Source: Octopus vulgaris | Lineage: Eukaryota | NCBI GenBank assembly: GCA_951406725.2 | Contig: OX597814.1 | Coordinates: 175,832,001-175,896,000 of the forward strand | Direction of reading: 5' to 3' | DNA: 64,000 bases | Shown: positions 1-20,527 of the stretch, piece after piece | How positions within the stretch are numbered: position 1 is the first letter of the stretch | Layout of the letters: each line of letters starts with the position of its first letter | Made by a program: the position numbers and the translations under genes | The notes under the pieces: generated by a model | The model's database searches: none | Told to the model about the DNA's origin: nothing | The model's input: only the letters and a program-made list of their open reading frames with translations

Positions 1-2739
<2,739 letters not shown>

Positions 2740-2825
2740 GGTGGCAATCAGTCGGTTTCGACGATGAGGGTTTCAAGTTGATCCGATCAACGAAACAGCA
2801 TGCTCGTGAAATTAATGTGCAAGTA

Positions 2826-3839
2826 TATTACTGACACCATCAAACACAGCAACATCAGAACCTTCGCTGATGATTCCAAGCTCCAGAAGGTCATCAATGG
2901 CGTGGATGACCGAATAAACCTTCAGTCAGACCTACTGGCTGTTGTCCAATGGGCGGAAAAGAATAACATGTTGCTAAATGAAGACAAATTCGAACTGATC
3001 CACTTTGGAAGAGAGGACGCTCTGAAACTCCCATACTCTCTTCCTTCTGGAGAAATTCTCATGGCATCCAACAACATCAGAGACCTGGGAGTAACAGTGG
3101 ACAACAACATAAGCTGGGCTACACATATAAGCAGCAAAGTTGACATGGCCCGCAGAATGTGTTCCTGGATTCTCAGAACCTTCCAGTCGAGAGATTCCCA
3201 CGCTATTATCCTTCTCTTCTCCACTTTTGCCCGACCCCACCTCGAATACTGCTGTCCACTGTGGTCTCCCTACACAAAACAAAATATTATGAGAATTGAA
3301 GCTCCCCAAAGGTCAATCACAAAAAAGATAGATGGCATGTCAGACCTTGACTACTGGGGTAGACTAGAGAAGCTGAAATTGTATTCACTCCAACGACGCC
3401 GTGAACGCTACATTATCTGTATGATGTGGAAAATATTCCATCAGCACTGTCCGAATGATGTTGGCATCACCTTCAAAATGCATCCAAGGCTTGGACCACG
3501 TGCCATCCGTCCACAACAAAAATCTAAATCGCATCACATAACGACAATACGGCACAACTATTTCACCTCAATTGGACCCGCTCTCTTCAACATTACACCA
3601 GGACACGTCAAAAAGGAAACTGACCACACAAAATTCAAGAAGTCTTTGGACAAATTCCTTCAAACAGTACCGGACAAACCATCCACACCCGGATATGTCT
3701 CCGCAAACAATAACTCTCTGCTCGAATGGGCCTTGGTGCCCAAATCCTGAACTGAAAGACTTCGCCAGGTGGTGCTATTAAGTTAGACATGGCCTGGGCC
3801 AATACTGGCCAAAAACCTTTCTAAGTTATTCTAAGTTAT
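2826..3839 (+). mobile_element. 5'-truncated CR1/L2-group non-LTR retrotransposon (C-terminal half of RT ORF2 + 3'UTR)
   Basis: ORF 2800-3750 has FADD catalytic motif, LQSDL..V..W, RDLGV, RPHLEYC..WSP and LYSLQRRRER, all typical of CR1-group ORF2. Ends in the tandem tail TTCTAAGTTA x2 and runs into (TA)n. Confidence 0.93.
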
Positions 3840-6450
<2,611 letters not shown>

Positions 6451-6459
6451 TTAATAGTA

Positions 6460-7627
6460 ATGAGAGAATACACATTGGATATAAAAAATAAATGCTTTTA
6501 TTATGAAACGTAAAGATATATACATAAGCAATTAGATGAATTTAGGTAGAATTTGGAAGTATAAACGTCATTATATTATCTTATTATAAATTATTACAGA
6601 GATTCAAAATCATACTGGTATCGTCAAAAGCTGTTCACTGGCTTTGAATGAACACCGATTTTCAAACGGTGTCGGGTCAAACAGTACCTGAGTGAAAAGA
6701 TTACATGCAAAGGAGGTGAGCAGTTCTGGAAGTGATATAATTAAGGTAGATATAAATACTGGAATATGAAGGGTGTATGGGTTGTATGGAAATTAGTGGT
6801 ATTATGGGTAAGGTTAGCCATGTCCTGTATAAGTTGTGTGTTCATGTTGAGTTGTGGATTATATTTATTAATAAAAGTTGCCTCTTTATTTAATCTTTGC
6901 TGTACTGAGGTGTTCTGTGAACGTTGATAGACAGGGATAATTAGGAAGTTCGATTTAAGGCTCCTAGCACATCTTTCAATGTGTTCACCGACCTGTATCT
7001 GTTTGTATTTGTGGGTAGCGGATTTGTTCTTTGTGAAGGGTTGATTTTGGATGATGATGTTGAAGACCCCATTGTTTCTAGGGTTGTGTGTGGAGATGTA
7101 TGGGGGTATTTTTACGTATGGTGTAGTATTTCGGTTGACTTCCCTTAATGTTCGTATTTCTAATTCCTTTGCTCGTTTGATCCCATCATTTATTAATGAT
7201 ATTAGGTAATATATCTTGATTAGTATTGATTTGAGTACAAGGAGTCTTCGTTCACGAGTATTAGTGTCCGAAACTATGGTACAGATTCTTTTCGCTAGAT
7301 TATAAGGATATATTGATTTTTATGTGTTTGGGGTGGCATGAGTTGAATAATAGGTATTGTTTTGAATCTTTGGGTTTATAGAAGATGTCCGTTTCGATGT
7401 GGTTATTGACTATTTTAATTAGGATGTCAAGAAAAGGAAGTTGTTTATTGCTGTGTTCCATGCTGAATTGTATGCTGCTATTGATATTGTTGAGCATTAT
7501 TTTGAAATCAAAGAATTTGTCCATGCTATCTTTCCAAAGTATAAAGCAATCATCTAAATACCTCTTCCAGTTCTTTTTTCTTTTTATTTTTCCCCTATTT
7601 ATACCACTTGTCCTTTTTCTTTGAAAC

Positions 7628-7630
<3 letters not shown>
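6460..7630 (-). mobile_element. Penelope-like element (PLE) remnant: RT palm/thumb, C-terminus and 3' region; GIY-YIG core apparently deleted
   Basis: Minus strand reads WKRYLDDCFILWKD (YLDD at 7549-7560), then LNNINSSIQFSME..LPFLDI..TDIFYKP.DS.QYL.F.SCHP.H (PLE RT thumb). C-terminus RLNKEATFINKYNPQLNM* ends ~6842. Flanked by (TA)n. Confidence 0.88.
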
Positions 7631-7691
<61 letters not shown>

Positions 7692-8684
7692 AGATATAGA
7701 GAGAGAGAGAGAGAGAGAGAGAGCTATATTTGTGTTTGTGCGCATGTATAAGAGACTTTCCCTATTTCTCTTTAAATACACTTATGCAAACATATGCAAC
7801 CACAGATATGTGTGTATGTATAAAAATAGTATGTGTGAACTAGACAGACAGGCAGATAGATAGAGAGATAGATAGATAGATAAATGGAGGTGAGAAAATG
7901 GGGGACAGAGAGATAGGGGAGAGAGGGGGAGGGACAGAAACAGGAGACACTATTGTAAGCAACATGATATTTAGGTTATCTTGTGTCTGACGAGTACCGG
8001 GATTCCTTTCTTGGAAAAAAAGAAATAAAATATAACACCCACACATTTCTACATTGAGGTAACATCTGGTGAACTCATTGAATATTGAACACTGAAAGGA
8101 AAACAAAGATAAAGTGAACGTTTGTCATTCAGTTCATGTTTTGATTAAATCACAGGATGCCATGGTGACTAAACACGACGGGAGTCACTATTATTCAAAC
8201 AGATGGTTCCACTGTATGAAAAATATGACATTTGAATAAATGTTTTAATGCTGTTGTCGTTGTTGTTTAGTCCCCAAGTTAACCTTGATAAAGCATATCT
8301 ATAATGAAAGACATCACACAGACGTGACCATCCTGTCTATGAAGTCACATAGTATTATATTTTCCAATGAGTCCTTTCATATAGTAAGGTGGTATGTACT
8401 ATGTATTTTGAGGGAGATTTGCTTTCTACTTCTAAGGAAGTAGGCCTAATCCTTTACACGGTTCAAGACCACCATCTAGCTTTAGAGTGTCTTTAGCTTA
8501 GTTTATAGGAGTAATTTATCTCCCAGTTTAACACACTACTGCAATCTCGAGTACCTTTGAGGGAGTACACACACAGTCGCTCATTTAGGGTCCAGGTCGC
8601 CAGTTTGAGGATAATTCCCACCCTACCTCTTGGTATTCCGAGAACGTCTAAAATGTTTTGTGAGCGTTGTTCTTACATCTTGGC

Positions 8685-9931
8685 TCAACACCGCAAAAAC
8701 AAATAATACATTTCTATTTATCAACTGTTATTGTTATCTTATTGCAAAATAAATACAAAATATTGAATCAATTCGCCTTGAGTGATGAATTGTCAATGAA
8801 ACAATTCATTTTATATTTTGCTGTTGTGTAACTCTAGGTCAGTCTCGTTCTGAGAGATCTACAAAAAAGGCAGTCTTACCCAGTCTTACCGCTATCATCC
8901 CTTCTGTTTTGTTTTTGTTTTTTCCTCGGAAAAAAGAATAGACAAATTATCCAGTAAGTCCCAAAATGTCCCTTTTGTGTGATATTGCATAGGCTCGTTT
9001 TGTAGCTCAACTTAAATGGGGTACTGCAATTATAAGGGCATCGATTGGTTAAGGTTGACTAAGAATCTGCACTTATGGCAGGCCTGGGCAAAGACTTTTT
9101 ATAGAAGATTGACAGCTACTCATATATGTAAGTTTCTTCCTTTCAACCACCGATTGTTGGCTAGGTAAAATGTTATAATTTTAGTGCCGGTACAGTTTGG
9201 CAAGATAGAGTCTTAACATGCATTACTGTCAAATCATAAAGGGCTGGGACAGATATCGCAAAGAATCTTCACTGGTGCTTTAACAGTCCTGCCAATCCAC
9301 GGCACTGAATTGGGACAATTTAGAGACTTAGAAATTATGAAAGGTGACGTTAACTTTAGCGGAATTCGAAGAACGAGCGCAGAGAGTCCGAACAAATACC
9401 GTGAGCTATTCTACCCAAACTTTCAGAGCTTTGGATTCGCCGTCTTATTACTAAGGTAAATAAAACAGAATTCATAAAACTTCAAATAGGTGTCAATTTA
9501 TTGAAATGTATTTCAATGGGAGTTCCAATACAGAATATTTGAAAAGATCTGAAACTAACTTAACAATTCTATAATCGTTTCACCAACGTACACTGTCTTT
9601 GTATTAAGATCATTTCCCATTCGACCTAGGCCGGGAGCCCTCAGGTGGTGGCACAACCTACAAAAATTATAAATCAAATTACTCTCAAAACAATATAAAT
9701 AATCAGCCCTCTTAGAAATAATGATGACACATTGGACCAAGTGACCTCCAGTGCCCTAGCCTCCAGGGAATCAAAATGCGTGGAACATGAGCTAAACAAC
9801 ATTAAGATTAATGACCATTACTATTTTTCGAGATTCACGTTATCTTGCACATCATATTAAATGTTGGTGAATTTCTTCTGTTTTGATATCCATATCAGAT
9901 ATGCATAATTATGTTATTTACTAACGAGCAA

Positions 9932-9977
<46 letters not shown>

Positions 9978-11221
9978 GAGTGCAATCAAATCATTAAATC
10001 CTAAAAACGGTCGGACACAACAGATAATGTAGCTCTTGATACGCTATCTTTAAATAAATAAAAGATGAAATGGCCGCAGCTGGAATAGTTTTGATCATGA
10101 GATTGCTCGATAACAGCAGTCTAACTGCAAATTATTTAAGCATTTATGAGCATCTACTTTCAAATATTGGTTACAAGTAAGGACACAAGACTAGCAATTT
10201 CGGGGAAGCGATTAAGTCAATTCCATCGACCTCAGTTCTCAAATGGTACTTATTTTATCGACCTTGAAAGGATGAAAGGTAAAGTTGACTTCGGCTGAAC
10301 ATAAAGACGGACGAAATGCCGCTAAACATTTTCCCCGGCATACTAACGATTCTGCCTGCTCGGTGCCTTAGATCCTCATTCAAATATTGCCATGAAATTC
10401 GAGCCAACCAGGACGCTTTTACTTGATCGCTCGACTCGCTACCAGAAGCAACCAAATCGATTTCAAATCAAAATCCACAGTCTTAACCAAAAAAAGATAC
10501 ATATCAAACGTCTTAAATATTCAGCTACAACGTGGGAGTCTCGATCTGGTGTAGAAGTAGCAGTCAATTCTCACTAATCCCTTAGCGAGATTTGAAAAAA
10601 TGAAAACGAAAGGACAATAAGACATAGTCCTAGATATGCCAAAAAAAATGGCATGGTCGTGGCTAAAGCACCCCTGAGTATCGGAATTTTCATTCATTAC
10701 TGATTCGGGGCCATGGAAAAAAAACAAAACAACAACCATGCAATTTTGTAGGGTACAAGTAAATTTACGATGAGATGTGACGTAAATGACAGGAAGTGTC
10801 AGATTAACAGGGAGAGAGGGTAACAGCTTTGAGAAAATGTGTGGTTTCATAATATATGATACGCGCAACAACAATGAGACCGGCAAGTAATCTTTGCTAA
10901 ATTTCTCTCTCAAGTCGCTGCCTTAGAAAAAAGGGACATTTCGAGACTTACTGGATAATTTATCTATTCTTTGTTCCGAGGAAAAAAACAAAAACAAAAC
11001 AGAAGGGATGATAGCGGTAAGACTGGGCAAGACTGCCTTTTTTGTAGATCTCTCAGAACGAGACTGACCTAGGGTTAAACAGCAGCAAAATATAAAATGA
11101 ATTGTTTCATTGACAATTCATCACTCAAGGCGAATTGATTCAATATCTTGTATTTATTTTGCAATAAGATAACAATAACAGTTGATAAATAGAAATGTAT
11201 TATTTGTTTTTGCGGTGTTGA
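8685..11221. repeat. Inverted duplication: arms 8685-8976 and 10929-11221 (~290 bp) around a ~1.95-kb spacer
   Basis: Arms are reverse complements with few mismatches, e.g. tcaacaccgcaaaaacaaataatacatttc vs gaaatgtattatttgtttttgcggtgttga. Confidence 0.95.
10165..10365 (-). mobile_element. tRNA-headed SINE family B, degenerate copy
   Basis: Similar to 34131-34353 (ttaagtcaattccatcgacc...ggatgaaaggtaaagttgac...aaatgccgctaa...ctaacgattctgcc). Confidence 0.75.
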
Positions 11222-11424
11222 TATTAATATCAGTTTACTGGTAATACGGGTTTTTACCAATAATTGCAATGAAATTGTTAATAACAAATCTTAGTTTATA
11301 AACTGTGTAATGTATGTAGACAGATACTAGCTTAACATTATGAATAGAATTTGGTATCAAAATAATAGAATGGAAACAGTTCAATATCACAGCGTTGGCA
11401 TCCTTTATATATAAATGTGTGTGT

Positions 11425-11570
11425 GTGAAGGCTCAGGGTCTGGTGGCTAAGGTGCTGCACTTACGATCGCAAGATCGTGGTTTCGGTGCCTAGATGGGCG
11501 GTGTATTATGTTTTTGAGCAAAAATACTTTATTCCACCTTGCTCTAATCCTCTCAGCAACGTACTAGCTT
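11425..11570 (+). mobile_element. Head of a tRNA-derived SINE (family C-like), degenerate
   Basis: A/B-box-like head followed by ttgagcaaaaatactttattccaccttgctct, resembling the reverse complement of 29270-29392. Confidence 0.55.
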
Positions 11571-11779
11571 TCTGTCCAGCGACAATGTTGGTCTGACTGC
11601 CTAGTCATCTGGGTGATATTTTTCCAAACCTACATCCTTTTGGGAATCAGGATGATCCCGGGACTGAAAATCTGACATTCATTTGGTTTTTGAACATCCA
11701 GCATTGAGATCTGATTTAAAAAACATTTGGGTTGCTATTTCTAGCAGGTGAAGTTTTACTAAGAAATTTAGTGGTTCTT

Positions 11780-11990
11780 TTATCTTTTTCAGTCCCCAGA
11801 TTGCGACCACGCAGGGGCACCGCCTTAAAGAATTTTAATCGAATAAATCAACACAAGTTCTTTCTTTTTATACGTGGTACTTTTTTTATTGACCTCTTTT
11901 TCCGAACCGCTAAGTTACGTAAACGTAAATACATTAACACGAGTTATCAAGCGGTAATGGGGGAGGGTAAGCACAGTCACAAAGCCACAA
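11780..11990 (-). mobile_element. SINE family A, 3' half
   Basis: gcaccgccttaaag...gaaccgctaagttacg...tcaagcgg matches the reverse complement of 20340-20520. Confidence 0.8.
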
Positions 11991-11992
11991 TG

Positions 11993-12025
<33 letters not shown>

Positions 12026-12026
12026 A

Positions 12027-13620
<1,594 letters not shown>

Positions 13621-13623
<3 letters not shown>

Positions 13624-14282
13624 AAGGGTCGCCTCTTTTGTGTTTAAACATACACTAATTTTATATATATATATCTTCTGTGATAATAACTACAGAGTTT
13701 CTTGATTCTTTGGATACTCCTGGAATGATTTCTCACAAACTGACATTGAAGAAAGGGGATCCAATCATGCATTTGGGAAATCTGGATCTCCCAAAACTCT
13801 GCAATGGAAAAAGACTGAGAGTCAGGCAAATGCATTCACATCTTTTCGAAACAACAATCCTCACGGTACAAAGAAAGGGAGAGAATATGTTTATTCCAAG
13901 AATTCCACTGATTCCAGCAGACATGCATTTCGAGAGTCTTCAATTTCCAGTAAAAGTTAGTTTTGCACTGTCAAAGACAATCACTCAAAGTTGTCTTCAC
14001 ATCATGCCGCAGTACTTTTCCCATAGTCAGCTCTATGTTGGTTGTTCCAGAGTTGGAAATACAAAATAGTAAAACTAAAATACTGTTTATCCTGCTTCTT
14101 TACCGTGATCTCCAAATGTCATAATGATGCAAAATTCTCCAAATGAAATACTCTGTGATATAAATCTCAGATGGTATGATACTAGTAAATGCTTATTATT
14201 ATTATTTCTTTCTTTAGTTTTGGGCTGCAGTTCCAATTAACCCTCTCTAAGAGCTCCGTGCGGAGAGCGGCTTTTAAGCTAG
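13621..14282 (+). mobile_element. Helitron 3' fragment (Pif1-like helicase C-terminus + 3' terminus)
   Basis: ORF 13680-14069: EFLDSL...HKLTLKKGDPIM.L.NL..PKLCNG.RL, FIPRIPLIP, LQFPVKVSFALS, FSHSQLYVGCSRVG (Helitron RepHel Pif1 motifs). GC-rich hairpin remnant followed by CTAG (14279-14282)|T. Confidence 0.9.
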
Positions 14283-15019
14283 TTATCAATAAAGGAATTA
14301 CTCTACTTAGCTTGTTTGAGAATTAATCTTGTCTTGTCTTTGACAGTGTAATATATCATTCTTTGCTATTCTCTTATGTTTAATACCCGTTTATTTATTT
14401 TATGCTTTTATCATTAAGCTATCTTGAATTACACTTATTTCTCCTGAGATACATGTATACGTGCATTCTACCCTATCTCATTTACATTTATATTTTGTCT
14501 ATTTTTCCATTCTTTCTGTCTTTTTTGTTGTGGTGCTCTGTGGCTTTACTTATGCAGTCTATTATGTATAGTGTAATTAGAAACTACTAATGTATTTTAG
14601 TTGTAAAACATTCGTCAGTGGTACCTCAGGGTCGCAATCCAAAAGACCCTGTGAAAAAGAGTCAGTAACAAAACAAAAGAATTAAAAAAATGAAGCCCGC
14701 TTTCAGTATGGCAACAACAAAATTTTGAAAAAAAATCATAAATGAAACTTCGACATGTGACAAGGTTTTCACGTTCTCTGCTCGATCTGTTTATTTGCTT
14801 TTTTTTTTTTGCTTCTTTGAGTGGGATGCATTATTGATAGATGTGTGATTGAAACATAACAACACACGGCTATTTTCCAAAATATAGTTCAAGTTATCGA
14901 CATAGTCATTAATTTCACAGTCAAACGTAAGAAATACGAACAAAGCATTAAAAGAAAAGTAAAAAAAACATACAATCAATACTTTGTCCCATAAACCCAT
15001 ATACTATTATGGCTGTTCT

Positions 15020-15272
15020 TCTTGCTATTATTATTATTATCATCATCATCATCATCATCATGATCATGATCATGATCATGATCATCATGATCATCATGAT
15101 CATCATGATCATCATGATCATGATCATGATCATGATCATGATCATCATGATCATCATGATCATCATCATGATCATCACCATCATCACCATCATCACCATC
15201 ATCACCATCATCACCATCATCATCATCATTATTATTGTTATCATTATTATTGTTGTTATTATTATTATTATC
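15020..15272. repeat. Compound (ATT)/(ATC)/(ATCATG)/(ATCACC) trinucleotide-based repeat
   Basis: Directly visible; the central (GATCAT)n portion is self-complementary. Confidence 0.97.
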
Positions 15273-15630
15273 ATTCACTATATCGATTTATGCATTTATT
15301 GCTGAGGCAGGGTATTACTCCCCGCTCTAAAGATATACTGAACAACCCTTATCTCTTGACCTCTTAACAGATGTTACACTTATTTCCATTACAGATTCTT
15401 ATTAACGACCTAGATTTACGTAGTTGGACGTTATCTTGCTTATTGAATGTATTCATATCAGTAGAGTGTTTGATTAAATTTCTAAAGAGATCTTAGTCAT
15501 TGATACAACAATATTGTCATGCTTCAAAATCTATTGCAATCATTTGTAGAAAAGTTATCATGAGTGTGTGTGTGTATGTGTGTGTGTATGTATGTATGTA
15601 TGTATGTATGTATGTATGTCTATCTGTCTG

Positions 15631-15662
<32 letters not shown>

Positions 15663-15663
15663 A

Positions 15664-15698
<35 letters not shown>

Positions 15699-15718
15699 CC
15701 TACCTATCTATCTATCTA

Positions 15719-15756
<38 letters not shown>

Positions 15757-15796
15757 GATCTATCTATATTACACACATACACAACTATACATATAT

Positions 15797-15845
<49 letters not shown>

Positions 15846-15856
15846 ACACACACACA

Positions 15857-15896
<40 letters not shown>

Positions 15897-15912
15897 ACAT
15901 ATATATTATATA

Positions 15913-16250
15913 GGCGCAGGCGTGGATGAGGAGTATGAATTTTGCTTCTCAGCCACATGTCTCCGGGTTCAATTCCACTCCGTGTCTTCTATTATAGTGT
16001 CGGGTCGACCAAAGCAGTGAAAGAAGCACACACGTACACACTCACATTTGTGTGTGTGTGTGTGTGTGTGTTTATTTCTGTACCCCCCCACCACCACTTG
16101 GCGACCGGTGTTGGTTTTTTTACGACCCGTTACTTAGCGTTTGTAGAATAAGTACCGGGCTTAAAGATAAAAAATTACTGGGGTAGATTACTTTAACTGA
16201 AATTCTTCATGGTGGTGACCCAATATGGCTGCAGTCTAACGACTGAAACA
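15913..16250 (+). mobile_element. SINE family A, degenerate and internally deleted
   Basis: ggcgcaggcgtgg head, ccgggttcaattcc B box, tail atggctgcagtctaacgactgaaaca. Confidence 0.75.
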
Positions 16251-16296
16251 TGTAATAATTATATGCATACCTATATACATATATAATATATTTTAA

Positions 16297-16449
16297 GCGC
16301 GACTCTGTGGTACGAAGCTTGCTTCCCAACCCCATGGTTCCATGTTCAGTTCTACTACGTGGCACCTTGGGCAAATGTCTTCTACTATAGCCTCAGGCTG
16401 ACCAAGGCTTTGTGAGTGGATTTGGCAGACAGAAGCAGAAAGAAACCTG

Positions 16450-16502
<53 letters not shown>

Positions 16503-16881
16503 TAAGGTTGTGTGTCTGTCTCCTACGATTTAGATTCCTGACTACTCCTACATTTTGCGGTGCAGTTTAACCAAAACCGGGTATCTTATAGTCGTGATTC
16601 ATATCGAGCCCTTCTGGGTATTAGCGCGCGTCTACGATGAGTCTACTATTTAAAAAAATTTACCATCATTTTTTCCATTTTAATGCATTTTTTTGGCTAT
16701 TATTTAAGGGAAGTAACTCTCTAAAAATGTCTACGATGAGTCAACGATTTAAAAAAAAAACTGACAGTAATTTTTTTTCCATTTTTAATGCATTTTTTGT
16801 TATTTTTGTCTATAACTCTCTAAAAATGCTTATATAGTTATTTCCCTTACAAAACCTGAGCAACGCCGGGCGATACTGCTA

Positions 16882-16945
<64 letters not shown>

Positions 16946-17150
16946 TTGTGTCCCCGTCATCGCTTGACAAACGATGCTGGTGTGTCTATGTTCCATAACT
17001 TAGCGGTGCGGCAATAGTGACTGATAGAATAGGTATTAGGCTTACAAAGAATAAGTCCCGGGTTCGGTTTGTTGACTAAAACCCTTACAAGCAGTGCTCC
17101 AGCATGGCAGCAATCAAATGACTGAAACAAGATAAAGAATAAAAGACAGA
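16297..17150 (+). mobile_element. SINE family A interrupted by a non-autonomous Helitron in its (TA)n
   Basis: Head 16297-16452 and 3' half 16930-17150 are collinear with 20114-20527. Confidence 0.85.
16490..16882 (+). mobile_element. Non-autonomous Helitron, copy 1
   Basis: Near-identical to 17413-17805; ends cctgagcaacgccgggcgatactgCTAG|T. Confidence 0.88.
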
Positions 17151-17412
17151 GGAATATATATATATATATGTATGTATGTATACACACATGCATGCGCACA
17201 CAACCGCACGCGCATACATGCACACGAATTCACACATAGTTAACATAACCCCACGTACGCACACACATACAAACGCCCATACTTGTATACACACATACAC
17301 TCACGCACACGCATATATACACACGCGCATACATACACACATGCACACGCAAATGAACCCACACATACCTCCCACACACATACAACACACACTCATACAT
17401 ACTCGCACACAA

Positions 17413-17805
17413 TCTTTATATATAAAAGTGAGGTTGTGTGCTGTCTGTCTCCTACGATTTAGATTCCTAACTATTCCCACATTTTGCGGTGCAGTTTAAC
17501 CAAAACCGGGTATCTTATAGTCGTGATTCATATCGAGCCCTTCTGGGTATTAGCGCGCGTCTACGATGAGTCTACGATTTAAAAAAATTTACCATCAATT
17601 TTTCGCATTTTTAATGCATTTTTGGCATATATAAGGGAAGTAACTCTCTAAAAATTTATTAAATCTCAGAACGTAAAAAGCTACAGTAACACTCCGCCTT
17701 TTTCTGGTTAGCCATATTGATATGGCTATTATACTTTACATCTCTAAAAATGCTTATATAGTTATTTCCCTTACAAACTCGAGCAACGCCGGGCGATACT
17801 GCTAG
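17413..17805 (+). mobile_element. Non-autonomous Helitron, copy 2 (complete)
   Basis: A|TC start, subterminal hairpin (ctcgagcaacgccggg), CTAG|T end, no TSD: canonical Helitron termini. Confidence 0.92.
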
Positions 17806-18169
17806 TTATATACATGGACATACACTAACACGCACACACACAGAATAACGCACATTTGCTCCACAGACACAACTTCTCACACGACCCCACTCATACGCAC
17901 ATACGCACATACACACACGTACACATACATACACACACACACGCACACACACAGACACAGACTCAGAGCAATAGAAGACGTCACTTGTAACGTCATGAGA
18001 CTGAAACGAGGACCACATGGTCGGGAAGCAAGCTTCGAACCACACAACTACGCCTGCGCTTACTGCATAAATGTGCAGTATATATATTTGTATATATTTA
18101 TCTGTGTGAGTGTAAATTCGCTCACATACGCATATATGCATTTGAGCAATTACGCAGATCTACGTTAGT

Positions 18170-18280
18170 ACATACATACATACATAGATACATACATAGA
18201 TACATACATACATACATACATACATACATACATACATACATACATACATACATACATACATACATACATACATACATACA

Positions 18281-18310
<30 letters not shown>
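18170..18310. repeat. (TACA)n microsatellite
   Basis: Directly visible. Confidence 0.97.
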
Positions 18311-18312
<2 letters not shown>

Positions 18313-19342
18313 CATATATATATTATATAAAGGAATTTGTATGATTATGTATAGAGGGATATATATTATTCAAAGGAATTCCAACTCTGTTTTTATGTTT
18401 TATTTATATTCTTTATAATATTAATGTAGAATATAGAATATATAGTATAAATAGTAAAATGAAATGAAGTATTGATTGTCTTATTGAATAGATGAAATAT
18501 TGAATATCAAATATTAAGGAACTAGTTTACTTTCTTGCATTAAAGCAGTCTTCAAGGTCCCAGGTTGTGACATGAGTGTTTCAACTGTATATATATATGC
18601 AAATATCAGAAAGATACTCTATAACGTCGTTCATAAATGTTTTTCTCTATAGCTAACGAAAATCTTGAACCTCACCACCGCTTGTTTATACGCTTTCTTT
18701 ATAATTATAATTCTTTATGTCTTTAGAAATGTTTGTATGTAAACTTGTGTTTATGCTAGTTTATATTGGTAAGTCGTTGCGTTCACCTTCATCATATTTG
18801 TAAATTCTATATACTGTAAAATGTCAAAAGGATTTTTGTCGTCCATTTGCAATTTTATCACTGGCGTATCAAATATTTTTTTTTTTATTGAGAAATATTT
18901 TATGATATACGATACCATCAACAAATTTACTTTATAGTACACAACACCATCAATAATATAAAACAAGTGACTAAGTGCAATATCTGTATCTTTTCAATGT
19001 CTATCATGGCACATCCATAGAAAAGACGTATTATTATATTCCTGATGTGATAAATGATGTTATTTGCTATATTTCTTATCCTTCCTTGTCGTAGGTGTAA
19101 TTTAGGAAAATGTTCTGGAGATAAATAACAGCAACATAGTCTACTTTATGGTTATGATTTTCTCATAACAACTATTCATCGGATGTGTTATACTCATTTA
19201 AGCAAACCGTATACCTCTGATTTGGTTTATTTTGAAGATACTAGTGTGAGGTGTGATCAGCTTAAGAGATTTTCTCTCGGTAAAGGGAAATAATGTATGA
19301 TAAATATTTCATAACTTGGGGCAGTGGATTGGCAGAATCGTT

Positions 19343-19442
19343 NNNNNNNNNNNNNNNNNNNNNNNNNNNNNNNNNNNNNNNNNNNNNNNNNNNNNNNNNN
19401 NNNNNNNNNNNNNNNNNNNNNNNNNNNNNNNNNNNNNNNNNN
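19343..19442. other. Assembly gap (100 N)
   Basis: Run of N; contiguity across it is uncertain. Confidence 1.
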
Positions 19443-20113
19443 TCCAATGCAACAATGACTTTTGATTTTTGGATTTGGTTTACAAGATTCTTTATATGAG
19501 TTCAAAACTATTGAAAAGGTTGCAAGACGCAACGAAAATTTTAGAACAATAAAAATAATAAAAACGTGGAAGTGTGTTACATAATAAAGCACAAAAAGAA
19601 AATGACTCTCCCCAGACACAATAGAATGACTTTTGCTTTTCCACGAAATTTTTGTTGGTAAATGCACATGTATACTTCAGTTGTTAGTATCTATGAAACG
19701 GTTACGTACTCGTAACTGTTTTTATTCCATCACCGTCCCAAAGCGTAAGATGGATAAATTTGCTGCAAGCATAGTAGTGAGGTTAAGAAGGATATTTTTC
19801 TCCAATAATTTTTTCTTAAAACTCCGTTGATATATTTAGCCCTTTGCCTATCCTGTGTATCACATCTGATGCAGAGGACATATTCCCCTGGTGTCTATGC
19901 ATTACATCATATATGATACACATTCCCAACCATCAGAATAACTTAAGACTTAGGAAAGTTTCGTATTATTACTAATAACGTATGAAACAAGGGCTAACTA
20001 AAAGTCTGCAAACAAGCATGGGTGCTTGCGACAAACTTATGAAAACGTTTTGAACAGGCTAACGGTTAATGAATGTATATTTTAATTATCATACATTATA
20101 ATTATTATACATA

Positions 20114-20527
20114 GGCCAAGGAGTGGCTGTGTGGTAAGTAGTTTGCTTACGAACCGCATGGTTCCGGGTTCAGTTCCACTGCGTGGCACCTTGCGTAAGT
20201 GTCTTCTACTGTAGCCTCGGGCCGACCAAAGCCTGGTGAGTGGATTTGGTAGACGGAAACTGAAAGAATCCCGTCGTATATATGTATATATATATATGTA
20301 TATGTATGTGTGTGTATTTATGTTTGAGTGTTTGTCCCCCCAACATCGCTTGACAACCGATGCTGGTGTGTTTACGTCCACGTAACTTAGCGGTTCGGCA
20401 AAAGAAGGCGATAGAATAAGTACTAGGCTTACAAAGAATAAGTCCTGAGGTCGATTTGCTCGACTAAAAGCGGTGCTCCAGCATGGCCACAGTCAAATGA
20501 CTGAAACAAGTAAAAGAGTAAAGAGTA
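20114..20527 (+). mobile_element. SINE family A, full length
   Basis: tRNA-like A/B boxes, internal (TA)/(TG) tract, LINE-like tail gcggtgctccagcatggccacagtcaaatgactgaaac, short aagagt repeats. Confidence 0.93.

Noticed and set aside
2867-2873. CTGATGA (also CTGAAGA near 55910 and 56109)
   Set aside because: Inside RT coding sequence (e.g. the ADD codons); no stems or GAAA partner.
7975-8112. CTGACGA with a possible distant stem I partner
   Set aside because: No stem II closure or UH/stem III after GAAA.
8782-8808. GTGATGA-ATTGTCAAT-GAAA-CAATT hammerhead look-alike
   Set aside because: G at position 3, weak AU stem II, no stem I or III.
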